Source of the DNA: Planctomycetota bacterium
Lineage (GTDB): Bacteria; Planctomycetota; PLA2
DNA: 64,000 nucleotides
Direction of reading: 5' to 3'
Assembly: GCA_021776785.1 (NCBI GenBank)
Contig: JAJFFF010000001.1
Location: forward strand, 93,403-157,402
Part shown: positions 46,367 through 55,988 of the stretch, in pieces
Layout of the letters: the number at the start of each line of letters is the position of its first letter
Numbering within the stretch: position 1 is the first letter of the stretch
Program-made: the position numbers and the translations under genes
The notes under the pieces: model-generated
What the model saw: only the letters and a program-made list of their open reading frames with translations
The model's database searches: none
Told to the model about the DNA's origin: nothing

Positions 46367-48676
46367 CTACTTACGCGCGGGCCAAGTGCGCAAGAAACGA
46401 AGCGATGGCGTGTACTCCGTATCGACGCCGATGCTTACGTTCGGTCCATGGGGATGCTTCGGATCGCGTGTCCGTAAGTGCCACGTCGCTCCGTCGCGCG
46501 CGTTCGCGTCGGGGGAAAGCGTTCGTGTTTTTAGATCGCGGCGTTGGTACTTATCGTTGCCGCCAAGATCTAAGAACACACCGACTTGCGTTAGGTGAAA
46601 CATGGACGCGCCCGTGCGCGTCGGCTTCGTGTAGTTGTCGCGATGATCCACGTCGCCAAACCCTTTTTGCCGCGCGCCGATGATGTAGACGTCATCTCCC
46701 CCCTCGTCGATGAAGAACGCGTTCGAACGAATCTCGGCGACGCCGATGGAAATGCGATCGGCTTCGTAGTGGTCGTTGCCGTGACCGCGATCCAGAAACA
46801 TAGCGTTCACGACATCCCAACCGAATCCGAACGCCGCGCCCGCGGTTTCCGTCACGACATGACGATCGTTGCCGCCCTCGTCGATCAGCGCGCCGACCGC
46901 GAAGTGAGCACCCGAGCCTTGCGTGAAATACACGCTGCGAAACGAGTCATCCCCGCCGCCGTCCCAAAGGAGTCCGGTCCCGTACCAATAGCCCAACCCC
47001 ATCGAAAAGTTGCCGGCTTGGTACTCGTCGTTGCCTTCGACGTCGATCAACGCGCCCAGTCCGCCGGCCCAAGCGTGGCCGTCGGAGCCGTCGCCGCGTC
47101 GCCCGGAACCCACACCTTGGGCGTGGCTCGCCGCGATCTTGTTGTCGGAGTGGTAGTCCTTTCTCCCCGCAATCTTGGCGTCCGGCTCGGCGTAGTACTT
47201 GTCGTGGCCGGAGCGGTCAGCCAGCACGCCAATGCCGCCGGGCCCTCCGAAGCCCTGTCCGTCGCCTTCCAGCAGCGTGTATTCATCGTTGCCGGCGGCA
47301 TCGAGCAACAGGCCCGCGCCGAAGTACGCCGCGCCCTGTCCGACGGCCGCCATCTTGTAGCTGTCGCTGCCGCCCTCGTCGATCAGCGCGCCCAATCCAA
47401 AGAAGCCCGCTCCGAGGCCGAACGTCCCAGTCCGGTACTCGTTGTTGTGTTCCCCGCTCGCGTAGATCAGGCCGCAACCCAATACACCGCACGCCGCGTT
47501 TGCTTCCTTGCCGTCTTTTTGCACGTCGAGGGCTACGCTTTGCCCGACGTTGCCCTCGTGCTCCATCAAAAGCGCAATCGAAAGCGAACGCTTCGGTGTC
47601 GTAGCCCCGATCGGACCCCACCAAACCCCGGCGGTCCCAAACGCTACGAGCAACATCGTGCCCGCGTCGTCGTGAAGATCCGTGGCGTCCTTGCTTGTGA
47701 ATCGGACCGCACCCCAGGGCGTGCCCATTCGAAAATCAAACGCCTTCTTCTTGGCGAGGGGCATCGTAGACGCCAACGCGCGGCGCGCGTCCTGCGTCGC
47801 CTGCAGCGCTTTGAGGCATCCGTACCAAAGCGAGTGTTCGTCCACGAGCGCGGCGATGTCGTCCACGATCGGGAAGTACTTCTCGCCGTCCGGCGTGCTC
47901 GCCGGCAGCGTTGCCAACGATGCGAACAGCTTCGTTCGCATGGCGAGGGGAACGCGCCGCAGGCCGCGTTCGATCCACTCGCGCGCGTCGATGAGATTGA
48001 GGACGTACTTCGCGAGAGGCGCACGCAGTTCGTTCGGAATGTCGTTGAGTTCTTCTCTGAGCTTCGCACGCGGCGTTTCTTCGTCTTCGCCGTACTTGTT
48101 CCCAAACGAACGGCTCCGTCGGAGGGGATCGCCGGAACGCTCGCGCAACGTCACCAGCGCATGAAGCAGCGGTTCCTTCGCCGTCGGGCGTGGATCCAAG
48201 TTGACGGAGTAGCCGCGAAACCCGCCGATGCGACGATCGGTGGCGAGCAACACGCCAAGCTTGGCGAGCGTCTCGCCCGTGCCGGTGAGCTTTGCCGGCG
48301 TGAGTAGGTCTTCGATGCCGTTGCCCCAGGTCCGCGCGAACTCGTACGTGTCGAGTGGGTTCGCCAGCAGTTCGGAGAAAAACGGCATGACGTGAGGAAT
48401 CTTGCTGGGATGCGGATACCGACCCCACGTCGCCTTGGGCCGCGTGCCCAGATCGTTGGTCGTGAGACCCATCTGGCGGAGAGCGTGCTCGAGAGGATCG
48501 GTCTTTTTCGTGCCCGGAACCGGCTCATCCGCCGCCGCCGCCAAAGCGAGGGCAACGAGAGCGAGAATGCGAAAACGCCCTGTCACGAGCGCGATTGTAG
48601 GGGGCGGACGCCCTGTCACGGCCACTTTTCGCGGGCCCACGTCGTTCCCACGGGGCTCATCAAATCGCGGTTTCAC
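46367..48676 (-). CDS. large exported repeat protein with ~7 copies of a ~22-aa G-x-L-I/L-D-x-G-G-N/D-D-x-Y motif (predicted solenoid)
   Basis: Repeats include GALIDEGGSDSY, LLLDAAGNDEY, GALIDVEGNDEY, GLLWDGGGDDSF, GALIDEGGNDRH, AFFIDEGGDDVY and VFLDLGGNDKY. N-terminal signal region RFRILALVALALAAAA. Confidence 0.55.
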   Translation of the reverse strand: MKPRFDEPRGNDVGPRKVAVTGRPPPTIALVTGRFRILALVALALAAAADEPVPGTKKTDPLEHALRQMGLTTNDLGTRPKATWGRYPHPSKIPHVMPFFSELLANPLDTYEFARTWGNGIEDLLTPAKLTGTGETLAKLGVLLATDRRIGGFRGYSVNLDPRPTAKEPLLHALVTLRERSGDPLRRSRSFGNKYGEDEETPRAKLREELNDIPNELRAPLAKYVLNLIDAREWIERGLRRVPLAMRTKLFASLATLPASTPDGEKYFPIVDDIAALVDEHSLWYGCLKALQATQDARRALASTMPLAKKKAFDFRMGTPWGAVRFTSKDATDLHDDAGTMLLVAFGTAGVWWGPIGATTPKRSLSIALLMEHEGNVGQSVALDVQKDGKEANAACGVLGCGLIYASGEHNNEYRTGTFGLGAGFFGLGALIDEGGSDSYKMAAVGQGAAYFGAGLLLDAAGNDEYTLLEGDGQGFGGPGGIGVLADRSGHDKYYAEPDAKIAGRKDYHSDNKIAASHAQGVGSGRRGDGSDGHAWAGGLGALIDVEGNDEYQAGNFSMGLGYWYGTGLLWDGGGDDSFRSVYFTQGSGAHFAVGALIDEGGNDRHVVTETAGAAFGFGWDVVNAMFLDRGHGNDHYEADRISIGVAEIRSNAFFIDEGGDDVYIIGARQKGFGDVDHRDNYTKPTRTGASMFHLTQVGVFLDLGGNDKYQRRDLKTRTLSPDANARDGATWHLRTRDPKHPHGPNVSIGVDTEYTPSLRFLRTWPARK

Positions 48677-48859
48677 GCGTCCAGAAGCGCCCGGATCGCA
48701 CGTCCAGCCCGACTATTCGCTATTTGGATCCGTTCAAGACCTTGATTTTGTGTACGTTGGATGCGTTGGTTGGAGCGTCGGACGTTTCGTTCGGCGCCTG
48801 CAAAATTGAGCGGCGTTCTCGCTTTGGTTGGAGGGGACGCTACTCCGGAGGACCTCGTA

Positions 48860-51838
48860 ATGGGCCGAGGCTTTGTGCGTTTCGCGTGTGTTTGCACGGC
48901 GATGTTTCTATCGGCGTGCGGTGGTGGAAGCGCCGGACAAGGGTCCGGCGATTTTGGCGTTGTCCAATTTTTGGAGAACGGGCAAAACGGCATTCCACGC
49001 AACCGGCAATTGACGTTTGTGTTCTCGGCGCCCGTGGCCGTGGGCCAAGACATGTTTGAGAGACTCAAACTCTCCAACGTTCAAGTCGATCCGGGTTCCA
49101 GCAGCAACTTCTCGTTGGCGATCGGCAGTTATGTCGTCGTCGCGGAGCGCGTCACGTTCGTGCCGCGGTTGCCGAACCTTCCGGATCGGTCCGACGCAGG
49201 ATTCCGCGCGAGTGGAACGTATACGGTCACGCTTAAGGGCGGACCGGATGCGCTGCGCTCGGCGAGCGGTTCAACGTTGGGGAGGACGCAGTCGTTTTCG
49301 TTCGATACGAGCGACTTCTTCGAGGACTTCGTGCCGGGCGACCCGCCGCGCGTCCTCGATGTCGTGGCGGAAGACTTGGACGCTGGTGGGACCACAGATG
49401 TCTCGCGTATCGAACCCGATCCCGGTGACTTGGCCAGGCAGGATTCCAACGATCTGATCGGCGGCGGTATTGTCGTGGAGCCGAACACGCTTGAGTTTCG
49501 CGTTCGGCTGTCCGAGCCGCTCGACCCCGCGTTCGTCACGACAAAGAACGTGTCGTTGACAGAGATCTTCGCCAACGCGACGGAAAGCGGCGACGCCGCG
49601 CCGCCCGCGGCGTCGGTGGGCCACTTCGGCGATGAAATCGACTTCCCGGTGCCGATCATCGTTACGCTGTCGCAGGGGATCAATGCCGCGACCGGCGAAA
49701 CGAGCGTCACGATCATCGTTCGTCCCATCGTGCGCTTGGTGGACAACACCCGGTATCGCTTGCGCGTTTCCGGTGCCATCTTAGGTCTCGACTTTCGCCA
49801 ATCGTTTATTGGCGTGAACGGCGTCACCGGCGACGGGCAAACCCCGCTCGCGGGTGCGCTCGGCCCCGTCTTTGAAGAGCCCGGAGGACTTGGGTACACA
49901 ACCGAACTCATCGTGCGTGATCGTCCCTCGACGACGACACAGCGCGAGCTCACATACAACCCGCTCGAGGATGGCATCTTCCCCGAAGGCGGCCGGACGA
50001 CCCTGCTTGAGGATTTCTTTAACACCGCTCGCTACAACGCGGCCAGCGATCCCGGCAAGGCTGTCGGCGTCGTCGGTGCGTTCGGCGGCGGTCAGCTCGG
50101 CGACATCGCCGTGTCCACCGATATGACGCTCGATACGGGCGACACTTTGAATGCTGCACTCGGGAATCCGTTCGACGTCACCGATGTGGATCCGACCGAC
50201 CTCTACAAGAACACGAACGGGCTTCCGCCGGCCGGCATCCGGACGATTGATCCTCCGGAGGCGACGGAGTTCGACTTCGCTACGATCACCGTGGGCGCGG
50301 GCGCGACGCTCAAGATCGTCGGCGTGAACCCGGTTCGCTTGCTTTCGTCGGGCCTGGTCCAGATTAGTGGAACGATTGACGCTTCGGGAAGCGATGGCGA
50401 TATGGCCTCGCTTCCGCCGAACGCCGCCACGGGTGGCATCGGCTTGAATGCACAAGGAGGCGTCGGTGGTCCGGGCGGTTTCGACGGCGGGTTCGCTCGC
50501 ACAGGTCGCCGCGCTGGGGGTACGACAAGTTTTGGCGGCTGCAATAGTCTCGACGCGTGGGTCAACGTCGCCGGCGGGCGTCCCGCCCAGTTCCCCAACT
50601 CGTTTAAGGGCGACGGTCCGGGACGCGGTAACGCCGGCGGCGAGAACTTCCTCGTCAACCAGCAGGATTCGGTAAGCATTGGCAGCCCGTCCGGCTCGGG
50701 TGGCGGCGGCGCTAGTCACGCGTCCGCAGGGACGTTTGGCGAAGACCGCTTTAACGGCGGCTCCGGCGGCGCAATGGGTTCTCCGATCGGCAGCTTCGGC
50801 AAGTGCAGCCGTTGGGGCATCGCGAACTCCGGCGTGATCGGCGTGCGTGGTGCGCCCGGTCCCGTCTATGGCGATCGCGAGGCACTCGATAACACCGGCG
50901 GCTCCGGTGGCGGTGCGGGTGGCGCCATGAACGGCTGGAACCAGACGCAAAACGCCGTCGGCTCCGGCGGCGGCGGCGGCGGTGGTGGCGGCTTCCTCGA
51001 GATTTTGGCCGCGGGTTCGATCAACGTGAACGGCAAGATCGACGTGTCGGGCGGTGCGGGCGGCGACGGCGACTTCTGGAAGTGGACCAACCAAAACTGG
51101 ACGGTCACGACCGGTGCGGGCGGCGGCGGCAGCGGCGGCACGCTGAGCTTGGTGTCGGGCGACGGCATCGACCTCACGGGCGGCATGTTGGACGCAAGCG
51201 GCGGCGCAGGCGGCATTCGTTCCGTCCCCGATTCCGGCTACTCGGGGGCCTGCAACTCCTGCAACGCAGGCGGCGATGGCGGTACCGGATTCATCTTCTT
51301 GATGGATGCGGACGGCATCATCTTTGGACTTAATCCCGGTGTTCCGACCGGTGGCACTCTCAACAATTACGACAACTTCGAATCCGGCTTCCTGTCGATT
51401 CGCGGTTTTGACCCCAACCGTTTTGGTGGCGCGAACGCCATCACGGAACTCTTTCCGATTGGCGCTCCGAACCCGACGTACTTGCCCTTCCAACCGGGCG
51501 ACATCATCGGCAACGCCAATCCCGCGCAGACCATCGATGTTTTCATGAGTTCGGCTGCACCCGACCGACTCAACCCCAGCAGTCCGGATCTTCTTACGGA
51601 GACAGCGCAGTTTGCAATCGCGAAAATCAGCTTCGGCGGCGGTTCCACCGTCATCGACATCTTCGACAAGGGTTTGGGCACGTTCGGCGATATCGCCACG
51701 GACCTAAACACCGGTGCGCTTTCGCGAGACGCCTTTGTTCGTGTGGTTGCAACCTTTGATTACACCAATCCGAAGGAGGCGGCACTCGGGCCGTTCCTCT
51801 CCATGGACCGTGTGATCGTGCGCTACTCGTTCAACTAA
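48860..51838 (+). CDS. giant (992 aa) glycine-rich lipoprotein with predicted beta-helical Gly-repeat C-terminal region
   Basis: Lipobox MGRGFVRFACVCTAMFLSAC with GGAGGA ~8 nt upstream. Long GGxGG tracts are interspersed with hydrophobic beta-strand-like segments (FLEILAAGSINVNGKIDVSGGAGG). Confidence 0.55.
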   Translation: MGRGFVRFACVCTAMFLSACGGGSAGQGSGDFGVVQFLENGQNGIPRNRQLTFVFSAPVAVGQDMFERLKLSNVQVDPGSSSNFSLAIGSYVVVAERVTFVPRLPNLPDRSDAGFRASGTYTVTLKGGPDALRSASGSTLGRTQSFSFDTSDFFEDFVPGDPPRVLDVVAEDLDAGGTTDVSRIEPDPGDLARQDSNDLIGGGIVVEPNTLEFRVRLSEPLDPAFVTTKNVSLTEIFANATESGDAAPPAASVGHFGDEIDFPVPIIVTLSQGINAATGETSVTIIVRPIVRLVDNTRYRLRVSGAILGLDFRQSFIGVNGVTGDGQTPLAGALGPVFEEPGGLGYTTELIVRDRPSTTTQRELTYNPLEDGIFPEGGRTTLLEDFFNTARYNAASDPGKAVGVVGAFGGGQLGDIAVSTDMTLDTGDTLNAALGNPFDVTDVDPTDLYKNTNGLPPAGIRTIDPPEATEFDFATITVGAGATLKIVGVNPVRLLSSGLVQISGTIDASGSDGDMASLPPNAATGGIGLNAQGGVGGPGGFDGGFARTGRRAGGTTSFGGCNSLDAWVNVAGGRPAQFPNSFKGDGPGRGNAGGENFLVNQQDSVSIGSPSGSGGGGASHASAGTFGEDRFNGGSGGAMGSPIGSFGKCSRWGIANSGVIGVRGAPGPVYGDREALDNTGGSGGGAGGAMNGWNQTQNAVGSGGGGGGGGGFLEILAAGSINVNGKIDVSGGAGGDGDFWKWTNQNWTVTTGAGGGGSGGTLSLVSGDGIDLTGGMLDASGGAGGIRSVPDSGYSGACNSCNAGGDGGTGFIFLMDADGIIFGLNPGVPTGGTLNNYDNFESGFLSIRGFDPNRFGGANAITELFPIGAPNPTYLPFQPGDIIGNANPAQTIDVFMSSAAPDRLNPSSPDLLTETAQFAIAKISFGGGSTVIDIFDKGLGTFGDIATDLNTGALSRDAFVRVVATFDYTNPKEAALGPFLSMDRVIVRYSFN

Positions 51839-51859
51839 GACCCCTGGTTGGGCTCGACT

Positions 51860-51892
51860 AAGCCGCCCTTCTCTATGAAGGGCGGCTTTTTT
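51860..51892 (+). terminator. strong rho-independent terminator
   Basis: aagccgccctt-ctctatg-aagggcggctt followed by TTTTTT: an 11-bp stem plus a U-tract, 22 bp after the lipoprotein stop. Confidence 0.7.
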
Positions 51893-53471
51893 ATGCCCGC
51901 TCAGAGCGACGCCGCAGCAGCACCACGCCCAAGGCGACGACGGCAGCGACTGCGATGCCGACGATCCAGCGCCGCGAACCGCGTTGGACGGGCGATGCCG
52001 ACGACGGGGCCTCTGCTGGAGTCTGTGTGCGCTCGTCTACCGGCAATTCGTCCGGTGCATCCGGCGAGAACGGCTCGCGGGTCTGCGCGAGCGCAGCGAT
52101 CCAGGGCGGGGCGCGGTCGGTTCCAAACCCGGCAAGAGGATCCGGCGTGACGTAGGTGCGCGATGCATCCCGCGGAAGGGGTTGGTGCCGATCGCGCAGG
52201 CCCGCGCACATGCGTTTGATCGCATCGCTCTCTTCGGTCGGTTTGAAGCGCCGCTGCGCTGCGCGGTGTTGCTTGCGCGCCTCGGCAATGCGCGTGCGCG
52301 CGACGTCGACGGGACCGCCCATGCGCTGGGCGGTCATCAACAAGAGTTGACGAGGCACGGCGCAAAACGGCTGCAGCTCTGCGGCGCGCTGGAGAAATGT
52401 CCACGCGACGTCGTATTGCGCCGCGTAGAACGCGAACTCCCCGAAGTTGACGCAAAAGTTGTAGTCGTCGCCGAACCGCGCACGGTATGCGGCGAACAAA
52501 CGCCATGCGAGTTTGGGATCGCCGTCGCGCTCCAAGAGCTTGCCGTGGATCATCGCGGCTTTGAGCCAGGCGTTTCCGTGTAGGTCCACCACGACGGGTC
52601 CTACCAAGTCGCGCGCGCGCGCGTACGCGCGGAGCGCACCCCGCAACCGATTCTGGTGGCCCAGCATGAGGCCAAGGTGTTTCCAGTGTTCGGGGCGGCG
52701 CGGCTCGAACTCAATGAGCTTGCGGATGATGGCCTCCGCGCTTCGAAACTCATTGTCCAAGTCATACGCGGCCGCCTTGTTCGTCAGCACGAGACGTCGC
52801 GTTGCCGGCACCACCGCCCATTCGAGCGCGCGGTCCCAATGGGCATGCGCCTTCTCGTATTGAAGAGTGCGAGCCGCGTCGGCGCCAAGCGTCAGATACC
52901 CGCGGGCGATGAACTCGGAGCAGCGTTGCTTGTTCCAGTTGTCGGCAACCAACGCCTTGAACTCGTCGATCGCGCCGGGGCCGCCGCTCGGGCCCTCTTC
53001 CATGTCGCCGGCAGCGAACATGGTCGCCGCCTTTGCGAATCGCAACCGCATGACGTCGAGTTGATTCTTCCGGCGCATGTTGCGTTCCATGATTTGGAAG
53101 TTCGCGCTCGCGTCGGCGATGCTCTTGCGAATGTATTGTTGGCCCGCCTCCGCCATGCGTTGCTGCTCTTCGACCGATGAACCGCGCGCCCGCGCCTCGC
53201 TGAGCACCTCGGCCAGGCGTTGCCGGCAGGCGAGCGCATGTTTGCAGCGGTTGGTGCCGCGCGCGGCAAAGGCTTCCCAACGCTCCGCGTCGATCTGCGC
53301 CGCCTCGGCGTACAGCCGATACGCGCGATCCAAAGTGACATCGCGCGCTTCGCCAATGGGATACTCGTTCTCGACGGCCCGAGCGCGTTGCACCGTGGCG
53401 TCGTAGTCCGCCTGGGCCAGCACCGCTGGGGCCAAGCACAAGACAGGAAGCCAAAGATTTCGACGCACCAC
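51891..53471 (-). CDS. TPR-repeat protein with a signal peptide and a C-terminal TM anchor
   Basis: N-terminal MVRRNLWLPVLCLAPAVLAQA, TPR-like helices throughout, and a C-terminal IVGIAVAAVVALGVVLL. Confidence 0.5.
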   Translation of the reverse strand: MVRRNLWLPVLCLAPAVLAQADYDATVQRARAVENEYPIGEARDVTLDRAYRLYAEAAQIDAERWEAFAARGTNRCKHALACRQRLAEVLSEARARGSSVEEQQRMAEAGQQYIRKSIADASANFQIMERNMRRKNQLDVMRLRFAKAATMFAAGDMEEGPSGGPGAIDEFKALVADNWNKQRCSEFIARGYLTLGADAARTLQYEKAHAHWDRALEWAVVPATRRLVLTNKAAAYDLDNEFRSAEAIIRKLIEFEPRRPEHWKHLGLMLGHQNRLRGALRAYARARDLVGPVVVDLHGNAWLKAAMIHGKLLERDGDPKLAWRLFAAYRARFGDDYNFCVNFGEFAFYAAQYDVAWTFLQRAAELQPFCAVPRQLLLMTAQRMGGPVDVARTRIAEARKQHRAAQRRFKPTEESDAIKRMCAGLRDRHQPLPRDASRTYVTPDPLAGFGTDRAPPWIAALAQTREPFSPDAPDELPVDERTQTPAEAPSSASPVQRGSRRWIVGIAVAAVVALGVVLLRRRSERA

Positions 53472-53510
53472 GCCTGCGATTGTAGAGACTTCGCTACACT
53501 GAGCGCGACG

Positions 53511-55373
53511 ATGAACAGACGCCTGATTTTTCTTTTTCTCGGAGCCGTTGGCGTCGTGAGTTGTGGCGACGACGCCGAGCCGTCGAGCCGTCCTGTGACG
53601 GTCGCTTCGCAGACGATGGACGACGTCCCGTTTCGCTTCGTCGACGTGGCGAAGGAGATGGGCTACACGCTGCGCAACCGGACCGGCCGGGAAGGGCAGA
53701 AGAACTTCATCCTGGAGGCGATGGCGCCGGGAATCGCGGTCGGGGACTTCAACGACGACGGCTGGATGGACATGTTTTGCCCCAACGGGAACAACGTTGT
53801 TCGGTACGACAAAACCACCGGCGCCGTAACGTTCTTGCCGGAAACGGACTCGCCGCGAGACGCGCTGTACCTAAACGACCAAGGAAAAGCATGGCGTGAG
53901 TCGGGCGCGAAGGCGGGTGTGAACGATACGCTGTGGTCGTTTGGCGCGTTGGCGGGTGACATCGACAACGATGGCGACACCGATCTGTTCGTCTGCAACT
54001 GGGGGCCGAATCGGCTCTATCTAAACGACGGCGCGGCGAAGTTTCGCGACGTGGCGATGGAAACCGGCGCCGCGGGTCGACCGCAGGACTGGTCCACCGG
54101 CGCGTGCCTTGTGGACTACGACGGGGACGGGGATCTCGACATCTACGTGGCGCAGTACGCGGATGTCTTCAACATGCTCGCGCGTCCCGACATCACGACG
54201 CTGAGCGAAGACGGCTCGGTGGATGGGCGGAACTGCGTTTGGCGCAAGTTGCGCGTGTACTGCGGTCCGCTTGGCCTCAAGCCACTCAATGATGTGCTCT
54301 TACAAAACCAGCTCGTGGAGTCCGGCAAACTCTCATTCCGTGACGTGTCGGCGAAGGCCGGCATCGTGTTCCAACTTTCAGAGCGATCGGGCACCGAGGC
54401 TTCGGAGGGGCCGTTCTACGGGTTTCAACCCGTTGCGTTCGACATCAACCTTGATGGGCACCAGGACATTTTCGTGGCGAACGACAGCCATCGCAATACG
54501 TGCTGGATCAATCGCGGCGACGGGACGTTTGAGGACCAAGCAGATCTACTCGGATTGGCGGTGGGGCTCAACGACTTCGCAGCGCAGGCGTCGATGGGCG
54601 TCGCCGTCGGCGATGTGAATCAGGATGGTCTACAAGATCTCGTCGTGACCGAATTCAGTCATCAGGAATTCAACCTTTTGGTGGCAGAGAAGCTGCCGCA
54701 TGGCGGCGTGACCTACGCGGAGAAATCGGCAACGACGGGGATGCGCGCCATGACGTACCTCGCGTTGGGGTGGGGCGTGCAACTCTTCGATCCCGATTTA
54801 GACGGCGACTTGGATGTGTACTTTGCGTGCGGCCACGTCTTTCCCGAGGTGGATCAGTTTCGCGGGCAGGACACGAGCTATCGTCAATACGATCTTCTGA
54901 TCTTGAATCGTGACGCTCAAAGCATGCAGTTTCGTAGTCTGCGCGGCGATGCCGGCCCCGCGTTCGACACGCGGCAATGCTCGCGTGCTTCGGTCGTAAT
55001 CGACTTCGACAACGATGGCGATCCGGATCTCGCCACAACGGTCTTGAACGACACGCCGAACCTCATGCGTTGCGACGCGTTGGGCGCGGCAAAGGCACGC
55101 CACTGGATCACCGTGCGACTGCGCGGCGATCCGTCATCCAAAGTTCCGCTGGACGCGGCCGGCTCCGTCATCACCGTCGCTGCAGGCAAGCTGACGCAAT
55201 CACGCGTGTACCTCATCGGCAGTTCGTTTCAGAGCAGCGAGGACCCGCGTATCCACTTCGGTTTGGGCGCCAACACAAAGATCGATTCGATCGAAGTGCT
55301 TTGGACCAACGGCGAAAAAACGATCGTGAAAGACGTAGCGATCAACAAACACAAAACGATCAAGTACCGCTAA
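53511..55373 (+). CDS. CRTAC1-family lipoprotein with FG-GAP repeats and an ASPIC/UnbV C-terminal domain
   Basis: Lipobox LGAVGVVSC. Seven DxDxDGxxD calcium-binding FG-GAP loops (GDFNDDGWMDMF, GDIDNDGDTDLFV, DYDGDGDLDIYVA...). C-terminal RIHFGLG...IEVLWTNGE is the UnbV/ASPIC signature. Confidence 0.75.
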   Translation: MNRRLIFLFLGAVGVVSCGDDAEPSSRPVTVASQTMDDVPFRFVDVAKEMGYTLRNRTGREGQKNFILEAMAPGIAVGDFNDDGWMDMFCPNGNNVVRYDKTTGAVTFLPETDSPRDALYLNDQGKAWRESGAKAGVNDTLWSFGALAGDIDNDGDTDLFVCNWGPNRLYLNDGAAKFRDVAMETGAAGRPQDWSTGACLVDYDGDGDLDIYVAQYADVFNMLARPDITTLSEDGSVDGRNCVWRKLRVYCGPLGLKPLNDVLLQNQLVESGKLSFRDVSAKAGIVFQLSERSGTEASEGPFYGFQPVAFDINLDGHQDIFVANDSHRNTCWINRGDGTFEDQADLLGLAVGLNDFAAQASMGVAVGDVNQDGLQDLVVTEFSHQEFNLLVAEKLPHGGVTYAEKSATTGMRAMTYLALGWGVQLFDPDLDGDLDVYFACGHVFPEVDQFRGQDTSYRQYDLLILNRDAQSMQFRSLRGDAGPAFDTRQCSRASVVIDFDNDGDPDLATTVLNDTPNLMRCDALGAAKARHWITVRLRGDPSSKVPLDAAGSVITVAAGKLTQSRVYLIGSSFQSSEDPRIHFGLGANTKIDSIEVLWTNGEKTIVKDVAINKHKTIKYR

Positions 55374-55390
55374 ACCAAAACAGCCCATCC

Positions 55391-55440
55391 CCAAAAAAAA
55401 ATGCGACGACCAAATGCGGTACCATGTTGGATTTTTTTCG
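55391..55440 (+). terminator. AT-rich terminator-like element (A9...T7)
   Basis: ccAAAAAAAAAtgcgacgaccaaatgcggtaccatgttggaTTTTTTTcg lies 18 bp after the stop of the CRTAC1 gene. A T7 run is rare in this GC context. Confidence 0.35.
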
Positions 55441-55536
55441 CTGTAACGTGTTGTTTGTAAATGAGTTACGGGGGACAGGTGCGGCATTGAGGGCGCACTT
55501 TGGGAACCTGAGTGCTTAGTTCTCGTCCAACTCGCC

Positions 55537-55965
55537 ATGAACATTCGAGCCAGCCTTGCCTCGCTTTTGGTTGTCCTCATTACGGTCGGCGTGGTCGCCG
55601 CGAAGGCGGGGCCGAACACGGCGCTCCGCTTGGCGGTTGTCGAGCCCGGATACACGCTGAGTTTGGGTGGGGGCAAGCGCTTGTGTCCGCCGTCGTTCTC
55701 ACTCAATCTCGCGACGAACCTAGCGGATGCGGGAACGTCGCTGGTACTGGATCGAGTTACGCGCGATGCGGCGCGGTCCACGATCACGATTGATCTGACG
55801 GTGAAACGCGATCCGAACGCCGTCGCGCCTCAGATCATCACGGCGGCCAAGGTCGCGGCCGACATCGGATCGCTGCGCAAAGGGCGTTACATCGTTGTGA
55901 TTCGACAGCGATTCAACAACAGCGCGTACAAGATCGTTCAGTCCACCGTGCTCGACGGCCGGTAG
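55537..55965 (+). CDS. small exported hypothetical protein
   Basis: Signal peptide MNIRASLASLLVVLITVGVVAAKA. 142 aa. Confidence 0.4.
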   Translation: MNIRASLASLLVVLITVGVVAAKAGPNTALRLAVVEPGYTLSLGGGKRLCPPSFSLNLATNLADAGTSLVLDRVTRDAARSTITIDLTVKRDPNAVAPQIITAAKVAADIGSLRKGRYIVVIRQRFNNSAYKIVQSTVLDGR

Positions 55966-55988
55966 CAGACCAGGCGCCGCGCCGCCGA

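Noticed and set aside
46595-48307. 570-aa plus-strand ORF
   Set aside because: It is antisense to the GALID-repeat protein gene. The minus-strand frame has a signal peptide and a coherent repeat structure.
49781-51493. 570-aa minus-strand ORF
   Set aside because: It is antisense to the Gly-rich lipoprotein gene. A GGN-rich coding strand produces long open antisense frames (Ala/Arg/Pro-rich).
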